The position numbers were made by a program, and so were the translations under genes. From Curvularia clavata (lineage: Eukaryota), in assembly GCA_023920165.1 (NCBI GenBank), contig CP089274.1:2046001-2110000 (forward strand): a stretch of DNA of 64,000 nt. The letters run 5' to 3'. Under the pieces are notes generated by a model. It was not told the DNA's origin. It worked only from the letters and a program-made list of their open reading frames with translations, and ran no database searches. Positions 62,301-64,000 of the stretch are shown here, piece by piece (the first letter of the stretch is position 1; each line of letters starts with the position of its first letter).

Positions 62301-64000
62301 TGCTGTCAGTGGCTGGAAATACTATCGACAGCGGGGACCAGCAGACTGTGAGGGCAAGCCATGGCAATAAGGTTTACCTCTATCACAACGTCGCAAAGGG
62401 GGCGGAATAGATAGCTTGCGCAAGTTACGGGATCTACGTAGTTGAATCAAGTCCAGGGATACGATGTATGCCTGAGGAAAAGGCTCTAGTATAGACATTC
62501 AAGGATAAGATGCGAAGTGCCACTCTAACTGGGCTAATGATATTTTCCGGCAATGTCCGTCTGGCAAAGGAGAGCGAATCCTGTGTGCGGACGTCACTGC
62601 AGGCAAACTCTGGCGTCGTATTCGTGATTACAATTCGTCTGGCTGTTTTAATCGTGGATCACTTCCGTATCTCGTATCCGGGAGCTGAAGATAAGAACGA
62701 GGAGCTTGTCGCAACCTCGAGTGCAACAATGGTTGACCATGATAGTGGTGGTGGCAGTGGCAGTGGCAGTGATGGTGGTTGGCACCAAATACAGTTGCCA
62801 TTCAGTGTATTTGGTGAGCAATGCTGAGGGAGTCATTGGCGTTGCGTAATGTAAAACGGTGGTGCTGAGTCGCAATAGCCATTAGGTGGGGTTGGCCAAA
62901 CGACTGCAAAGCTATGATCACCAATTGTCGTTTCAGTAATTTGTAGCGCGTTTCTAGGAGCATTTTTGTATACCATTCTTAGCAGCTAGTAGCGGGAGGA
63001 GAGTATTGAGTTCATTGTTGCGGTTGTTTTAATTTCATTGCGATGCCGTAATTTCGCTTGGACCGGGCGGTAGCGCGCCAAAACCGGAGGCGAAGCGAAA
63101 GGCATAGCAGCCCTGGTCGGGCGATCCTAGGGCCTAGCATCCTGTTTTCGTAGCGATAGGCCTTAGGGCTGGCGTGGGGTAACCCAGATTGGGCATGCTG
63201 CCTGGACAAGAGACACTTGCCGCGTCCCAATTGGAACTTTGATGTCGGAACTGCATACGGCGACGACGATCTTAGCGGATTCACGACAGAGCTCAGGTCG
63301 CCATTGACGGTCTACCAGCGCCTCTGTCCTCATACACGGCTTGTTGAGGGCGCGGGGTCCTTTTGTCATGGTTTGCATTATGAAGAATGAGGCAGCTCGC
63401 ACGCCGATTACGCGGTGAGCGAACGGTTGATTTGGGGCATTAGCGGGAGCGGCATTCGAGGACAGAGGCCCTAGAGATTTGTCCGTAAATGGGCATGTCC
63501 GTGCAGAAGACGGTGAGAGTCGAGTTGTGGCTGTCTGGGTGCATTTGTGATTGAGCGAAAAAGCACATTTACATATGGAGGGCTGTCAATTGCCAGACCG
63601 CAAGTGATCGCCCGCAAAGCAATTTTCATGTTGAATATGTACACGGGCGGCGGTTTACGGTCAGAAGAAAAGCGTGCATTGCGGGCGGGAAGGGTACCAT
63701 TGCGACGTGTCAAGGGCGCTGCTGGGTCGGGTGCATGGCCTTGTGCGAGCAGCAGAGCAGGACAGAGTAGGCGTGTTGAGCTTGAGCCCCGCAGTCACGT
63801 GTGCGGGCCAAGCGAGCCGATGGCGCTACGCACGGCCGACGTGGTCGCAGTCAGTCGCTGGCCTGGTCGAACTGGTACCCGCCATGTTCCTGGACGACGC
63901 CAACGCCCGTACCAACAAAGTAGCCAGCACCACACACCGTTCGAAACATTGCCCACAGTGCACGGCCACCGGCACGCAAGCCGACCAGGACGTGGTAGCG

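Larger units (their letters stand above)
53242..64000. other. Long gene-free region upstream of the PKS; presumed extended regulatory region
   Basis: No ORF with a recognisable domain or coding-like codon bias over ~10.8 kb, versus mostly 0.2-1.4 kb spacers in the left part of the window. Confidence 0.7.

Overview
Fungal (ascomycete) genomic DNA with short spliceosomal introns. The melanin PKS and gene order suggest a Pleosporales/Pleosporaceae species (inference). Bases 1-43 kb are gene-dense: a partial CDS, metacaspase MCA1, an AMMECR1-domain protein, RPL29, a Cys-rich hypothetical, SDH7, MTQ2, COX20, POL2, a TauD-family dioxygenase, SMD1, a large mitochondrial flavin-reductase-domain protein, MRPL36, a JID1-like J-protein, a conserved hypothetical, a HET-domain protein, FMP25, COG3, a secreted two-repeat protein and prefoldin subunit 3. 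Next is the DHN-melanin non-reducing PKS (46671-53241, minus strand), then about 10.8 kb with no credible gene. I built all gene models by hand from splice signals and checked each for reading-frame continuity. I found no tRNA, rRNA, CRISPR array or intact transposon, and no clearly new multi-gene system. The best leads are a long hairpin-rich intron in SMD1, a concentration of mitochondrial respiratory-assembly genes, a stop-free GC-AG intron in SDH7, a repeat-bearing insertion in the HET protein, two uncharacterised proteins with internal repeats, and candidate elements upstream of the PKS.
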